Origin: Eledone cirrhosa
Taxonomy: Eukaryota
Length of the DNA: 64,000 nt
Direction of reading: 5' to 3'
Assembly: GCA_964016885.1 (NCBI GenBank)
Contig: OZ024740.1
Span: 292,764,001 to 292,828,000, forward strand
Part shown: piece by piece, positions 26,856-41,166 of the stretch
How positions within the stretch are numbered: position 1 is the stretch's first letter
Layout: each line of letters starts with the position of its first letter
Position numbers and translations under genes: made by a program
Notes under the pieces: generated by a model
Told to the model about the DNA's origin: nothing
What the model saw: the letters and a program-made list of their open reading frames with translations, nothing else
The model's database searches: none

Positions 26856-27794
26856 CAATATGCAACTGTATTTGCTTGCTTTCGGCTAGCCCGCCTGCAC
26901 CTGCTTGCTTTCGGCCCACTTGTCTGCCTCTTGCTGCTGCACGTGAATTCTCCTACCTTCCTTCGATGTACCTCTGTTGACCATTGGACTCCTGCCCGGG
27001 TGTGAACCGGTTTGTGATTACCCCACCGCTCAACTGTGTGAATGCACACCCGTGACTTTCGAGTGAACTTTTGAGACTGCCCAACCTGGGACGTCTCCAT
27101 TGCATTGCAATCGTCAAGTGATACTGATAACTGTGACACTTAGGGCCTTCGTGGGCCCCTGATATATTCAAGAAATATATTTAAAAAAAATATATGTCTT
27201 ATCTCAATTTACTTTATTTTATTTTATTTTATTTTATTTCATTCCATTTTATTTAATTTTATTTATTTAATTTTATTTAATTATATCTTATATTATATTA
27301 TATTATTTTATTTTATTTTATTTTATTTTATTTTATCTTATTTTATTATTATATTATTATATTATATTATATTTTATTTTATATAATTTTAATTTTAATT
27401 TAATTTAATTTTATTTTATTTCATTCCTTACCCTGTATCACTATTATCTGTATATTTTATATGTATGTTTTTTATATTTTCTTATATATATTATATGTCT
27501 ATTTTTTACCTATTTTTCACCTATTTTTTATCTATTCTTACCTACTCCTATCTATCTTATCTATTCTTGTCTGCTCTCTTATCCATGTGTATGCTTGTAT
27601 GTAACTATATGTTGACAGCACCCCGCCCAACTGTGACTGATAGCACCCCCTATTTTTCAATTATTTTTCAATGTTTATTTTTCAATGTTTATTTTTATTT
27701 TTACTTCCTCAATATTTTTTATCTTTTATTATTTTTTATTCTTTATTTCTTCAATGTCCTGGATTTGTTATTGCTTGTGTGGTATGTAATCAAC

Positions 27795-27852
27795 CTTTAT
27801 GCTCTGATGAGTCCCACTTATAGTGCGGATGAAACAATGTTAGCAAGTAAAG
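27795..27852 (+). ncRNA. Minimal type I hammerhead ribozyme motif, ~130 nt 5' of a (TA)n junction
   Basis: CUUUA-UGCU-CUGAUGA-GUCC-CACU-uau-AGUG-c-GGAU-GAAA-CAAUG-UU-AGCA-ag-UAAAG; similar layout to the 4234-4293 motif. Confidence 0.78.
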
Positions 27853-28004
27853 ATATGCATATGCCATAGGCGTTCTTTGTTATTGATTATATCACGGCTC
27901 TGTCCTCAGACATCGAGCTAACCTTATGCTGCCTGTTGGATAAGTGGAGTGTTATACACCCCTGATCCTCTCCCTAATATACTATATATATATATATATA
28001 TATT

Positions 28005-28330
28005 TAAAAAAATAGAGGTGTAACACACGAGTTGTGATATATTAGTAAAAGGAAAAGAAAATGCTGACAAATTTTTCCCAGTGAAAAATAGTTTAATTAG
28101 GAATAAGTATAAATTAGTAATAAGTATTGGTTAGTATTCAGTTTTAGTTTTAAGTTTTTACCGGTTGCGCATTTCTAATGCTTTTAAAAATAATTTTGAG
28201 ATAGAGCGCTCGTGATGTTTACTCTAATCTGATTAAACCAATACTTATTACTAATTTATACTTATTCCTAATTAAACTATTTTTCACTGAGAAAAATTTG
28301 TCAGCATTTTCTTTTCCTTTTACTAATATA
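28005..28330. repeat. Repeat fragment with internal inversion (~95-bp arms ~28038-28133 and ~28237-28330), both ends in (TA)n
   Basis: atattagtaaaaggaaaagaaaatgctgacaaattttt... versus ...aaaaatttgtcagcattttcttttccttttactaatat. Confidence 0.85.
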
Positions 28331-29239
28331 TATATATACACCACACACAAACACAAACAGACACAGACACATATTTATATATACATACATATATACCACA
28401 ACCGATTTCACCATTCGTCTCAGAACTTTACAATCTCCTAGCTACAACATTTTAATATTTTCACGACAACACGCAACACCCTCTGGTTTTCATGACAATA
28501 CTCAACACCCTCTGGTTTTCAAATAATACAGATGACAAAAGAAACGTGTTTTTCATAGTAAATAGATTCCTTTTTAATCGTAAACAATTCATATACGTAC
28601 ACATATGCAATAAATATTTTTCTCTATCTGTATCTCGATAAATAATTCTCCAGTATTGCGAAGGTCACCTACTCATGATCAACACAGTACATTCGCCCAT
28701 TAATGAAAGCAAAAACATTCTTTCAAACCTCCTTTAAAATTAACACAAATGAATGAGTTCCATAATTCGACTGCATAAGTATAGGTGTAACTAAAACATA
28801 TTCCACAAGGACACATAAACAAATATAACCCCAAGAAATAGCCAATTAAACCCCAGAAATAGCCAATCTTATAAAAAAACAAAAAACAGAGAAAGTCTCT
28901 GACATAATTCACCGAAACTACATATAATAGAAATACAAGTCAGCATCAAACAACTAAACAAAGCAGTAACAAAAACTTAAAAGGCAAAACAAATATATAC
29001 ACATATGTATATCATATAAATTGCAAAATAACAGTAGACCATTATATAGACTAATTAATATCATAAAAACGACAATCACAACAATAACAGCCTCAAATAA
29101 TATATTATCATGACCATGAAAACGTACATTTCTCGAAAATCAACCTCCAAACACGCACACAAAAGGAAGACAGCGAAGTAAAACGACAAATACGCACCTT
29201 CCCTCTGGACCTCAATACATTACCCATTGATTATATCAG

Positions 29240-31200
29240 ACAAGCAAAATGTCGGGATATCTAAAAAGTTCAAAGGATCAGGGCCAAACACATCACAGCC
29301 ATACGACTAAAAACCCTAGGGACTGAAGGAATCACTGCACTCACCAACAACTGTAGCTATTTATATCAATGCTGTCAACTTTATGGAAGCTATGTAATAT
29401 TACAATTGTAAAGCCCTAAACAGCTGTAGAAATACGTTACAGGCCCATTGCCTTTCCATTTACACAAACAAAATTGCATAAAATTAATCTTTTGTATTAT
29501 TAGTTCACACATACTTCTCTCCAAGTTATAACACTATTTAAGATCACTAAATTCTCAACATCACCTCTAGAAACAACGTAAAACGCTGGCTAGCAACTGA
29601 CAAGTCAGGCCAATAATCCTAGTGTACACGAACAATACTTCTTAAACATGCAATTTCCTTAATGGAAATTGATAGGAATAAATTCTCTCACCCATTCTCT
29701 ATAACCTGTATATATACGACCTTCTCACACCTCCACAAAGTACACTAATATCCTCATACCAAATAACCTCACACTCACTTCCTCATCAACATTCTCAAGA
29801 CAATGCTGCACAAATATTCCAATTCTACTTAAACCCTTTAGAATCCTATCTCTACAAGTATCATTTAGCAAATCCCTCCTCACAAGCTACACTTAAGATC
29901 ATCAAATTCAACAAAGTCAGCCTTTACATATAACATAAATATTCCACACACAAAAGACAGAATTACTAGAAGCAACCCACGAATTCTCCTTAACAAACTA
30001 CATATGAGATATGGTAAAGAAAACAAAACAGCGCACAAATATACTTTGAGCAATCCCAGGTGCCACATTTAGTAAAGACAAAGAGACAACAACAATGATG
30101 TACAAACAATACACGAGATCAATGACTACGAGGTATGAAAGAAAAGAAACAGGACTGGGTTCGCAGAAAAATATTTTAAATCCTAACTACAAATTACAAG
30201 TTTTCTCATTCGAAATAATCTTTCCCATCCTCCTCCACCATGCCTCCATGCTCTCCTGGAAGGATTCTCTCGGGATTCTCTACCGTCATGGTCTTCTTTG
30301 TGGCTCTGACGCTTGGTCTACGGGTCGTACTCGAAGATGTATGATTTATCATCGGTGATAACCCTCCCCAGCAAGCCAGGTTCAGTTTCAAGATGCTCGA
30401 GGATGTCCTGGTACACATGCATGCGCTACTCCTTCTTGTCATCGTTCAAGAGCTTCGGTACAATCTTCGCGCAGATCTTCTGTATGCCCAAACTCAACGT
30501 TGGCCTCAGTCTTGCTCATTAAAGGCCTTGCACTCCAGGGGTTATCTTTCATGTCCTCGAGTCCCTCTTTGAACCTTTTGTACCACTCGAAAACCCGTGC
30601 TGCAGTATACCGAGTGCTTCTGACGGAGTACTTCTGACCCAGCCAGACCAGAAACTTCAGCCTGGTTCATTGCTCTATGCCCATCGTTCGATTGCCTAAA
30701 ATTAAGGAGCACGTGCACAAAAGCACGTGACAAAACATACGATGGCTACACGGATATTACGACACACGGTGACGCAACCCACTATTTCGTACCCAACTTA
30801 TAGCTCACACAGCACACTAAGTCCTGTTAATTTTCTGGCACACCTCGTATGTCAACCCGACCTAAATCTCGAATCTCTTCATAACAAACCATAATAAACT
30901 ACAAAGACCCCAAACAGAGTACAATCACTGACCACCTACTCAATGAAACAAAAAATAAAAAAAATAACAAAGATAACCTGAATATGCTAGAGATCTAATC
31001 TGTAGTCATAACAAGCTCCAACCGGCTCTGTCTCTGTTACTGAACCACCTCCAAACATCTAAGCACATATACATCTCAGATCACTACAGCAACCGTTTAA
31101 AACACTATTGCCCCCAAGTTGTTCAGATAACTTAAAGAATGCATACACGTAGGAAGAGCTGCAACAACAATAAACTCACTGGCATACAGCCACCGATTAA
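29240..31200 (+). mobile_element. Highly decayed LINE RT remnant interrupted by a mariner element
   Basis: Fragment KGSGPKHITAIRLKTLGTEGITALTN resembles RT domain 0 (K-x-x-G-P-D-x-I); A/C-rich strand bias; many stops. Confidence 0.4.
30129..30847 (-). mobile_element. Internally deleted mariner (Tc1/mariner) DNA transposon
   Basis: Imperfect TIRs cgaggtatgaaagaaaagaaacaggact / agtcctgttaattttctggcacacctcg with TA on both sides. Minus-strand peptides RVFEWYKRFKEG, ICAKIVPKLL, RVITDD, YIFEYDP*TKRQS and C-terminal DYFE. Confidence 0.88.
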
Positions 31201-32619
31201 TGCAGAGGAACAGTAACTCTCATGTCTCCACCCTGTTCGACTCTGTTGCGGTCACCACCAAAAGCTACGGATATACAAGAATAGACTGAGGAAGTAGAAA
31301 TATTTATCGACTGTTATACTGAACTAATATGATTCATCAACGTACAGTATGGTTCTCCATTGAGCAGGCATGTAGTATAACTGGGAATATGGTAATGCGA
31401 GTCACTCCTCGTTGTTCGGCCAAATTACTGTTTTGATATTTACATTTTCAAATGTGTTGGGTCGTTATTTGGTTTACAACTCAATTCAAATTTTATATTA
31501 ATATTAATCTAAATTTTCATTGGTTTTTTGAATTCATGAATTCAAATGTTTACGGAAAGACCTCTAGTTTAATTTCAGCGTGTTTGTATGTTAGGGTGAG
31601 GAAGATTTTTCCCTAGACTTGGTACATTACATTCCTTCTGATTATCACCTCAACCTAATACATGACGACCACTATTACACATTATTGAACTCACTGATTG
31701 CTGCAGATCATATACTACCACAAACATCGTTTTGATTGCTCTATTCGATTTCCTATCATGATAAAACATCTAATTTATATTCAATTATTTTGAATTCACT
31801 TGTAGATTCGTGTTCAATGTATTTTTATAATTACTCCTGAGTAATGTTTTGATTATTAAGAAAGACATTCGGAATAGATTAAAATATGATATTATAGCTG
31901 AATTTACATTTTTATTTTTGCTACCAAATAATGTAAAATAGATTCTCACCCCACTAAAAGTAAAACGAATGGAATAGTCAAAATAACAGAATATAGAAAT
32001 TCCGGTTAGCCATATTGACACTACCAACTGCCAATTTGGCCCGGACGTTTGGGGACCAAACTTGCTTTGGCGAGGGTTTTTTTTTTTTGGCAACGGAGGA
32101 TTTGGTGCTGAAGGCAGAGAGAGAGAGAGAGAACGAAACAAACAAACGCACACAGAGGGGAGAAAGGAACAGATACAATGAGAAAGAAACATAAAAAGGT
32201 TACACAAAGAAAATACTTACACATAGAAAGAGAAAGAAAGAGAGTGGGAGAGTGATTATTCTTATCATCGATGTGTTTTCTTTTTACGGAAGGAAATGGG
32301 CCACCGTCGGTTTTCACGATGAGTACTCCAGCTGTTCGATCAACGGAACAATCTGCTCATGAAATTAACGTGTAAATGGCTCGGCATTCCACAGACACGT
32401 GTAGCAGTAATGTAATTCCTAGGGAGATTCAGCGTGATACAGTATGTGATGAAGCTGACCATTTGAATGACAAGTACAGTACATCCAAACAATTTCCATT
32501 TATCCAATTTCGCTAACAAAGCAAGGATTGACGTCAACAACAACATTTGCAGACGTTTTTGCATAAAGGTTTATAATATCGCGGGAAAATATAAATATGA
32601 TTTAGATATAAAATGAAAT

Positions 32620-33398
32620 TTTATGATATCCCAGTGGAACTGTTCAGGACAGACAGCTGTATGAAGGCCCAAGTGCTGTGCAACAAGATTTTAGAGATGG
32701 GCGAGTGTCCAACAGGCTAACTACATGTTTGTACCCATTCTGTATTCAGTCACGTCAGTAAGATATTTCTACGAGTTCTGCTACATAGAAGACCGGAGAT
32801 CGTAAAGGAACAAATTTCCGAGGTGCAAATAGACATGCGAATGAAACTTGGGACGATAGGCCAGATCTTCAACATCAGGATCATTATGGAAAAAGCATGT
32901 GTGTAAGTGTTCTCCTATGCATGACCATCATTGATAACGAGAAAACGTTCGACTCAGTTCGACACGCAAGTTTGTGGAACGTACTGATGAAAATCAGAGT
33001 CAATGCTGCAGTACTTAAGCTACTGAATAAACTATACAGTGAACAGCGTGCAGTGGTAATAGCAGAGGATCATCTGACGATGTTGTTTATCTCCCGGGAA
33101 GTTGTTTAAAATTCTACTCGGAAGAGGCAATACGGTAATCAGCAAACAATCTATCCTGGATAGGAATAACAGTTGGTGGCCGGAATCTCCACAACACTCG
33201 CTTTTCTGGGGATATATTACAGCCGGACACTTCACATCAGCTGGATGGACCACAAAAATAACAAGCCAATCCTGGAGGAGATGGGAACAAAGCAGCAGAT
33301 GGTTACAACCATAAGGAAACGAAAGGTTCAATACTTTGGCCAGGTCATCATCGTCAAGTAGTGATGATGGGAATAGAAAAAGAAGAAGAAGAAGAAGA
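32620..33398 (+). mobile_element. Decayed RTE-clade LINE 3' fragment with (GAA)n tail
   Basis: IDNEKTFDSVRHASLWNVL (D-x-x-KAFDSV-like) and YSRTLHISWMDHKNNKPILEEMG...RKRKVQYFGQV (RTE C-terminus-like). Confidence 0.7.
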
Positions 33399-35204
33399 AT
33401 TCCCACGACCTTTTTCAGAGCTTCAGAGATTGGTGAATGGAAGTTAAAACTTCATTCTCAGATCGGTGACCTAGCCCAAACGCTTATAACAGAATTTGCT
33501 TTACTAAAGTCACCTAAGTGCCAGATGATGATGACAAACTAGATGTATGATTAACTTTCTCCATCACGTCTCCCCACAGATTCCATGTGGGAATCTACGG
33601 CAGATAATTGCCCAAGATGCCACGCCTCGGAAGCGAACTCGAAATCGCATAAAAGCGAAGTGAAAGTCTTAACCGCACAATCAGTTGAAACTAAGATAAA
33701 AAATAATCAAATACTAAATTCATAGTAACATCAACTACATATATAAAAACTAATCCTGAGATTATCTTCACTTAACAAAATAATAGAAGGTTGATTGAAG
33801 GTTTGTTATTAGTTTCATCAGATCTATTAATGTTTCTAAGGGTTTAAATCTGAACAGGTTATTAAATGAAAGAAAAGAATGTCGAACTATTAAACGTTTC
33901 TGAGCTCACAAATTCGTGATAATTAATTTAAGACATATAAAAGAAAAAAAAAAGTCATAGAATATATTCCTACAAACATTTGAAGTATAAAGTCTTTCAT
34001 GTTTAGTTATATCTAGCTGGGGCCAAAGAAGAAACTCTACGTGGTCGTTTGACTTGGCATAAATAGCAGCTGAATCACTCTCAAACCATAACTTACCACC
34101 TTAAAATATGGAATGGCAAATTGGATAATGTAATACGGGATACATTGTTTGAAAATAAGATGGGTTGTTATTTAGTTGTGTAGTTTGTTTGAGCCATCAC
34201 GGTCTAGGCCATGCTGGAACAATACCTACAAAATTGAATGTTCGACATCTGTCGTGTTTCTGTATACCGTGATTTTGACGTACAGCCGATAGCTGCTTGT
34301 GTAGTACTGAATGTAATTTTGTGCAGTTCTAAATTGTTTTGTGCCGTTCTACAATATTTATTGTTGGGTTTTTCAGCATACGTAGCATCTCTAGTTGATC
34401 AGTCAACATGGAGGTGGAAACTGCTGGTTTGTTTTGGTTGGAACTTTTTGAAGATAACTTATCCGGGATGCTAGATAAAAAATGCATCTAGATACACTTT
34501 TAAGATTCTCAAGAAAAACTGAAGTCAAGTTTCGTAAACATTTTAGGAGGCAATTTAAACGCCAAACAGCTGCTTATGTTTAAGATCCTCGCGCGAGAGT
34601 TCGAGAGAGCGAGTACTGAATTCTGATAGTATCTTCCAATATTATCAATATTTCTTCTAGTGTGCTAATTGATCAAAAGTTTTGAAACTTTCTACATATA
34701 TATGATCACGTATTACTCCCATCGGCGCTCCAAGGAATATAGATGCAATATGAAGATTCATACCAAGTAGTTAAGGTTCTAGAGATTTCTAATTTATATT
34801 CATCTATATAGTTACTTGTAGAAATACCGCCCCTGTGCGCGTCTTTCGTAATATATCTATCAATGTTTGTGTATGTTTCGTAAGGTGTCTATCAATGTAT
34901 ACAAATACATAGAAAAGGAGAAGTACAACGTTTTGTAAATGATATCAACTCGCACCGGCGTATTTCATCTTTCGGTTTATTTGATTTAATACAACGACCG
35001 TTATTCTCTCTAATTTAAGTAAATATGGGAGATGAATCGATAATAAACAGAGGTATGGATTAAATGGCACAGCAGAGCACCTTAGATGAAACTCGAACCC
35101 GTATTTCTTTAGTGCACTTTGTATCAAATCGCTTATAATTTTCTTAACGGAAGAAGTATACGAACTAACAACTGTATATTTGCTTTTGCGGTTCGCTTAA
35201 TTTA

Positions 35205-35763
35205 ATAACCTGTCTCATGGTCGGGTCGTTGGCGACTAAACTGGCAATCCCACCAAGGTTTCTTGGTGAGGAGGGTGACTTTGGACATCCTGCAGGACTA
35301 AAAACAAAACCTGTCAAAGGGCAAAGGAGCTCTTAAGAGTCAATGGCCATCCAAAATCACTGGGAGAGATGACCCCTTAGCCTTTGTCAAGGCAGAATTC
35401 TGGAAAACTCTGATATAACACCTGCAACCCTGATGGTATCTATTGATGTTCACTTGTTCTTCCTTTTGGTAAATATCATCTTGGTTAAGAGAGTGGGACT
35501 GGCTTTGTGCAGTGCCTTTGCTCACTATAAAAGCTTCACGGCACAGGCATTGCTTTATATCTGGAGATCTCTCTGCACTTGTCGTCACATAGTACAATGG
35601 GCCCAGCACTATGTGTCAATAATTGTCACAAGTGTAGTGTTTGTACCAGAGTTTTCAAGTCACTGGCTGGACTAAAAAGTCACACTCGTTCAGCGCATCG
35701 GTAGGAGTTCTCCTACATGGATATAAAGTAGTGGCCGTACTCGAAAACGAGTTGGCAGCCACC
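35205..35763. repeat. Dispersed repeat (unclassified); shorter similar copy at 40003-40403
   Basis: Near-identical ORF translations at 35340-35675 and 40009-40314. Both copies end at gcagccacca/tcagccacca followed by a microsatellite. Confidence 0.85.
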
Positions 35764-35804
<41 letters not shown>

Positions 35805-35870
35805 TATGTGTGTGTACGTGTGCGTACTTACATTTATGCATCAGCTGTGCTAGGACGAGAAATAAAATTC

Positions 35871-35931
<61 letters not shown>

Positions 35932-36345
35932 GTCGTGGCATATTATCATGATTGATGCATATTTATGTATAAAACACTTTGATCATGTCTGCTCGGTCAG
36001 AGTTGCTTTGGACAGTTACGACGAGACCACGACCAGCAACACCACTAACAACGGACATAAAACGAAAATTGTATTCATAATAAAGTTACCATTAAAAAAA
36101 TAGCTGATTCAGATCTGAACGAAATATTCGACTGTTGACGACGACACTTGAGATCCTATCAGTATTATGTCTATTAATACGCCACAACCATATTTGATTT
36201 GACTATGACGACAAGATAAGCGACAGATCAGACAGCTTTCATGGCTTAGTCTTTTAGAACATAGAAATTGTCTTGTGATTTAAGGTTAGAGTCGTGAGTC
36301 TTCAACCATTAGCATATATACATTTTATTTCCACGTTAAATCTAT

Positions 36346-36534
36346 AATTGTTTCTACTTTAGGCACAAGGCCAGCAATTACCCAGTTCATTACTGGTACT
36401 TTATTTTATCGACCCCGTAAAGATGAAAGGCAAAGTCAACCTCGGCGGGATTTGAACTCAGATCGTAAAGGGACGTAACTATGCTGGAAAGCATGGCGTC
36501 CGACCCTCTACCGATACTGCCAATCCACCGCCCT
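36346..36534 (-). mobile_element. SINE family A with TSD cacgttaaatctata
   Basis: Reverse complement of 3721-3909; flanking direct repeat. Confidence 0.88.
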
Positions 36535-36817
36535 TTTTCACGTTAAATCTATAATGTAACCCGATGATAAACATAAGAAACATAACATTCGTGATAAAAA
36601 TAACCACGGTTTACAATAGCTGCCTTCACAATGACAAATTATCTACACATGAGTAAATGACAAAGACTTAACGAGAGAACCTCGTGTAACTGGTGCTTGT
36701 AAACTTTCAAGGTACTGTCTTAAAAAGGAGTTACACATGGCATTTGATCACAGATTGACTTAATGAGAACTGACCTGAGGTCAAACAATATTTAGACGAT
36801 TGTTACACACATGCATA

Positions 36818-37237
36818 TACTCTTGGGTCTCGAATAATCATACCCCCCCCCCCACTCACACACACTTATTGATTTTTCAGATTCCGCACTTCCTGCTTAT
36901 TCAATTTTGCTAATATATCCCCGGTGAAATTTTATTTTAAGTGGTAGCATTCCTGCGACGATTAATTTTCTTTAGACATTAAAAAACATTATACATGACA
37001 ACAAAGTACATTACTAGAAATTCTGTACGTTATGAAATAAATACATTGTGTTGGGGTCTCAATACGTAAACTAGACGACTAATTCTCTTCTTTTTTTTTT
37101 AAATCAACGAAGATAACCAAGACAAATTATCGTTTCCTTCCCACGCTTATTCCAACTCTCCGCTTATTCAAACTCCTACCCGTTTATTCTACCCACGCTT
37201 ATTCACCCCCCCCCCTATTATTTGGGACCCGAGAGTA
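36818..37237. mobile_element. MITE / non-autonomous DNA transposon with TA-bounded TIRs
   Basis: tactcttgggtctcgaataat ... attatttgggacccgagagta; internal cgcttattc repeats. Confidence 0.7.
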
Positions 37238-37544
37238 ACTTTGTTTTATTAAAAAACATGATCGTATCTCTATAAGTCTCAGCGTATAATCTCATTGTGT
37301 TGTAATTATATTTAAGTATCTTTCGTTTTTTTCTCTTGTCTAATGCTCTTCTTGATCTTATATTTATATCGAATTGATATTAATAGTTTTCTATAGAATT
37401 GTAAGGTTTTATAGGAATGAAGTCCTCATATATGTAGTTCTTTATTTTGGTTGTTTTCATAGAAACAGATTACAGAAAAAAAAGTTTAGTATAATTCTAA
37501 GATTAAGAGGAGGGTGGAATGGTGGTTGTGAACCTCCGTCAATT

Positions 37545-37856
37545 TCAACGACGAGCGTTCCAGTTTCAAACAAAGTAACACTTTGTTCGTAACATTAACG
37601 CGCAAGTGGCTGAGGATTCCACAAACTTGTGTATCTTCAACGTAGTTCACAGAGATATTCAGCGTGGCACACTGCAACAAGTGTGGATCTTGGATTTACA
37701 AGTTCATACAAGTTGAACTCCCTTTTACAAAGTGAGTGATCTGGATCAACGTCAAATATAGTGTCATGTTCAAGTACACGACGCATCACCGGGAATGGAA
37801 CTCACCACCTTACGATTGCGAGCCGAACACCCTAACCACAAAGCGACGCGCCTTCA
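37545..37856 (-). mobile_element. SINE family B (diverged)
   Basis: tRNA-like head complement ggaatggaactcaccaccttacgattgcgagccgaacaccctaaccac; 3' part similar to 62118-62440. A further 3' fragment lies at ~32315-32455. Confidence 0.65.
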
Positions 37857-40002
37857 CGGAATGGCAGTTTCAGTTGAGTGTTGGGCAAAAAAATTGACTA
37901 ATGGTATTCAGTAACTCTCCTTTACATTCTAGGTTCCAATTGAGTTGATATCTTCATCCTTTCGAGGTCGATAAATAAGTACCAACCAAATGTTGGAATC
38001 GATTTAATGGATTGTGTTCTCTCCGAAATGTATGGTAATGAGGCAACGTATGACATTGTTATTCATACGTTCCTACACATACACTTTACATCCATAATTG
38101 TTATGTGTACATGTATTAATCATTTATGAAAAAGAAAGAAAGGAAATTTGCTTCGGCTGATAGTTCAAACAGAACTGTGTATATCCGTAGTATTTATTCC
38201 ACAAGGTTACTTCTTTCTGAAGTAATCAATTAGTAGCTACACTAAGAATAACAATACGTTATATATGTTGTAACATATAAGAAAACAATAGGATCAGAAA
38301 TAGCGGTAAGTTGTCCTGGTTTTATAGACGAAGGTGTTGTGATAACATCATTTTGTCTGACAGAATTGATCAATCTGCCAAATTAGAAGAGACATACAGA
38401 GACATAAGTGTTATGATTACAGTGTTTATAGGTTTGACGAATTACGGTTATCATGAGTTTGGTTCATTTAACCAGAGTGACGGACCGGACGGATTTCTTT
38501 TGAGATCAATATAACGAAACAAAGGCTAGATTAGATCGAAGAAATGTAATCAGGAGATTTTTCTGTTATAAAATTAACGTGATTGAAAAATAAATACAAT
38601 AGACATCCAAACAGAAATATTTCGATTATTCGGTAAGAAAAATTACTGAAGTAATCTCTAATTGAGATAATGTTACTTATTTCACAACCCTAAGTATGTT
38701 TAGAAGCTCTGAGCTGTTCATTATGATATCCGTTGTGCCAATGAGATTTTATAATTTGGGATCCACGAACAAACTTTATCAACGAAAATCAATAAAACTG
38801 ACATGACATCTTCTCTAAAGACTTTACTTATGAATCTGGTCAACAGGATATTTAATTCAAAATCCTGGCGTAGTATTGAGTTAAATGCTTCTTTTTAGTT
38901 GAAATACCAGATTTCGTATTAAGAATAACTGACTGGAATATTTGTCTATCAACACCATTCATTTAGCTGCTTCCTTTGAAATCTCCTGCCTGTAACAATC
39001 AGGAAATTGAACTGAAGGATTCTCATCAAACAAAACTAATTATATATATATATATATAATGGTACACACAAACTCTTTCATACATACCTCTCTGCCACAC
39101 ACACGCAACCAAATATTTGCTCTTGGTCGTTGAAGCACTACATTTATGAACGTTATTCATTCGCATAAGACTCAAAAAAGTTGTACAAATTTCATACGTT
39201 TAATTGAACACAGCGAACCAGTTATATATCTGTGTGAATACATCCAGATAGGAGATTACTGTCAATTCAAAGTTTCCATGAATTATTAAAGGGAATCATC
39301 AAAGAAAAACAAAGAACATGTGTATTGTATTGGCGATATATAACATGCACGATTCTCTCAGTTGAGCCCCTCTCTCAATGTGCACATATAAACCAATCAT
39401 GTATGTATATACAATTAAATATACGGAAATATGTCGGAAATGAATCGGAAATATATAATTGGGGATACAAACTTCAAACTCGACTTTTCTTTTTTTATTA
39501 TTTTTTGATACGTTTGAATGAATCTGTATTTTACACAAATATCATTTACGTTTTTTTTTTCAATTCCGACACAAAAGCATTCCTACATATTTGCGATGTT
39601 TTTCCCTCTCTGGAACTCATTTCGTTTTTTTTTTCGTTTTTGTTTTCTGATTTAAGTAAAGTTCATTTAATACCTGAATAAAATTGTCTTTCCAGAAACA
39701 GGTTAGACGAGTTAGTGATAAATTACTCTACCATAACATGATTTATTTTCTATTGATATTTTTGTAAGAGCTATGGTTGTACCGAGCCAAATTAGAATCA
39801 GTTCATCCTCGCCATTAATAGTGTTTTACTATGTGTAGTCCTCTGTTTTAAATAACTCTTCCCAGCAAGCTATAACTTTCATGATTCAGGTAAAACTATT
39901 TCCACATAAGTCGCAGTTTAAAATCAATATCGAACTTATTCAGGCGTTCAGCATATCGAATTGTATGTATGTATGTATGTATGTATGTATGTATGTATGT
40001 AT

Positions 40003-40403
40003 GACCCCTTAGCCTTTGTCAAGGCAGAATTCTAGGAGAAGGAAAACTCTGATATAACACCTGCAACCCTGATGGTATCGAATGATGTTGACTTGTTCTT
40101 CTTTTTGGTAAGTATCATCTTGGTTAAGAGAGTGGGATTGACTTTGTGCAGTGCCTTTGCTCACTATAAAAGCTTCACGGCACAGGCATTGCTTTATATC
40201 TGGAGATCTCTCTGCACTTGTCGTCACATGGTACCATGGGCTCAGCACTATGTGTCAATAATTGTCACAAGTGTAGTGTTTGTTCCAGAGTTTTCAAGTC
40301 GCTGGCTGGACTAAAAAGTCACACTTGTTCAGCGCATCGGTAGGGGTTCTCCTACATGGATATAAAGTAGTGGCCGTACTCGAAAACGAGTTGTCAGCCA
40401 CCA
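40003..40403. repeat. Second copy of the 35205-35763 repeat, embedded in (TATG)n
   Basis: Direct sequence similarity; (tatg)n on both sides. Confidence 0.85.
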
Positions 40404-40453
40404 TGTATGTATGTATGTATGTATGTATGTATGTATGTATGTATGTATGTATG

Positions 40454-41166
40454 TTCTTCTGGTTTTATAATTTCACAAATTTTTACCAATAGAGAGAGAG
40501 AGTCGGTTTCTAACATAGACACAAGACTCTTTCATTGGAATTTACACAACATCAACTAGGTAGATTATGTATGGATGTCTGCATGTGTAGATATGGGCGT
40601 TATGTATGTATGTATGTATGTATGTATGTATGTATGTATGTATGTATGTATGTATGTATGTATGTATGTATGTGTGTATGTATGTTCTTCTGGTTTTATA
40701 ATTTCACAAATTTTTGCCAATGGCGAGAGAGAGAGAGTCGGTTTCTAACATAGACACAAGACTCTCTCATTGGAATTTACACAACATCAACTAGGTAGAT
40801 ATGTATGCATGTCTGCATGCATGCATGTGTAGATATGGATGTTATTGTATGTGTGGATGTGGATGTTTTGAGTTGTATGTGTGCATGTGTATATGCTTAG
40901 TATCCTTACATGTATATATGCAGTTATTAGATGCAACATTTTTGGAATGTTTTACACATTTTTACTGTTCCATTAATGGATTGTACTTGTAATTTCCTAA
41001 CTAGTTGTGTTCTTTCTGTTCCTGTGAAGCCTAGCTTCTCAAGATTTGTATTGAGGCAGTTACTAACATATCCCAGTGCCCCAATAATCACAGGCATAAA
41101 TCTGAAGGTATAATCAGTGGGGAGTATCTGCAGATTTCTCATCAGTTCTGCAAAAATATTCTCCAT
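40454..41166 (-). mobile_element. 5'-truncated RLE-type non-LTR retrotransposon (R4/Dong-like) 3' end plus a second tandem 3'-UTR copy, each ending in (CATA)n
   Basis: FAELMRNLQIL...FMPVIIGALGYVSNCLNTNLEKLG...LQVQSINGTVKMCKTF resembles the post-endonuclease C-terminus of R4-clade ORFs. 3' end ...ataaaaccagaagaa-(cata)n occurs at both ~40454 and ~40684. Confidence 0.65.
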
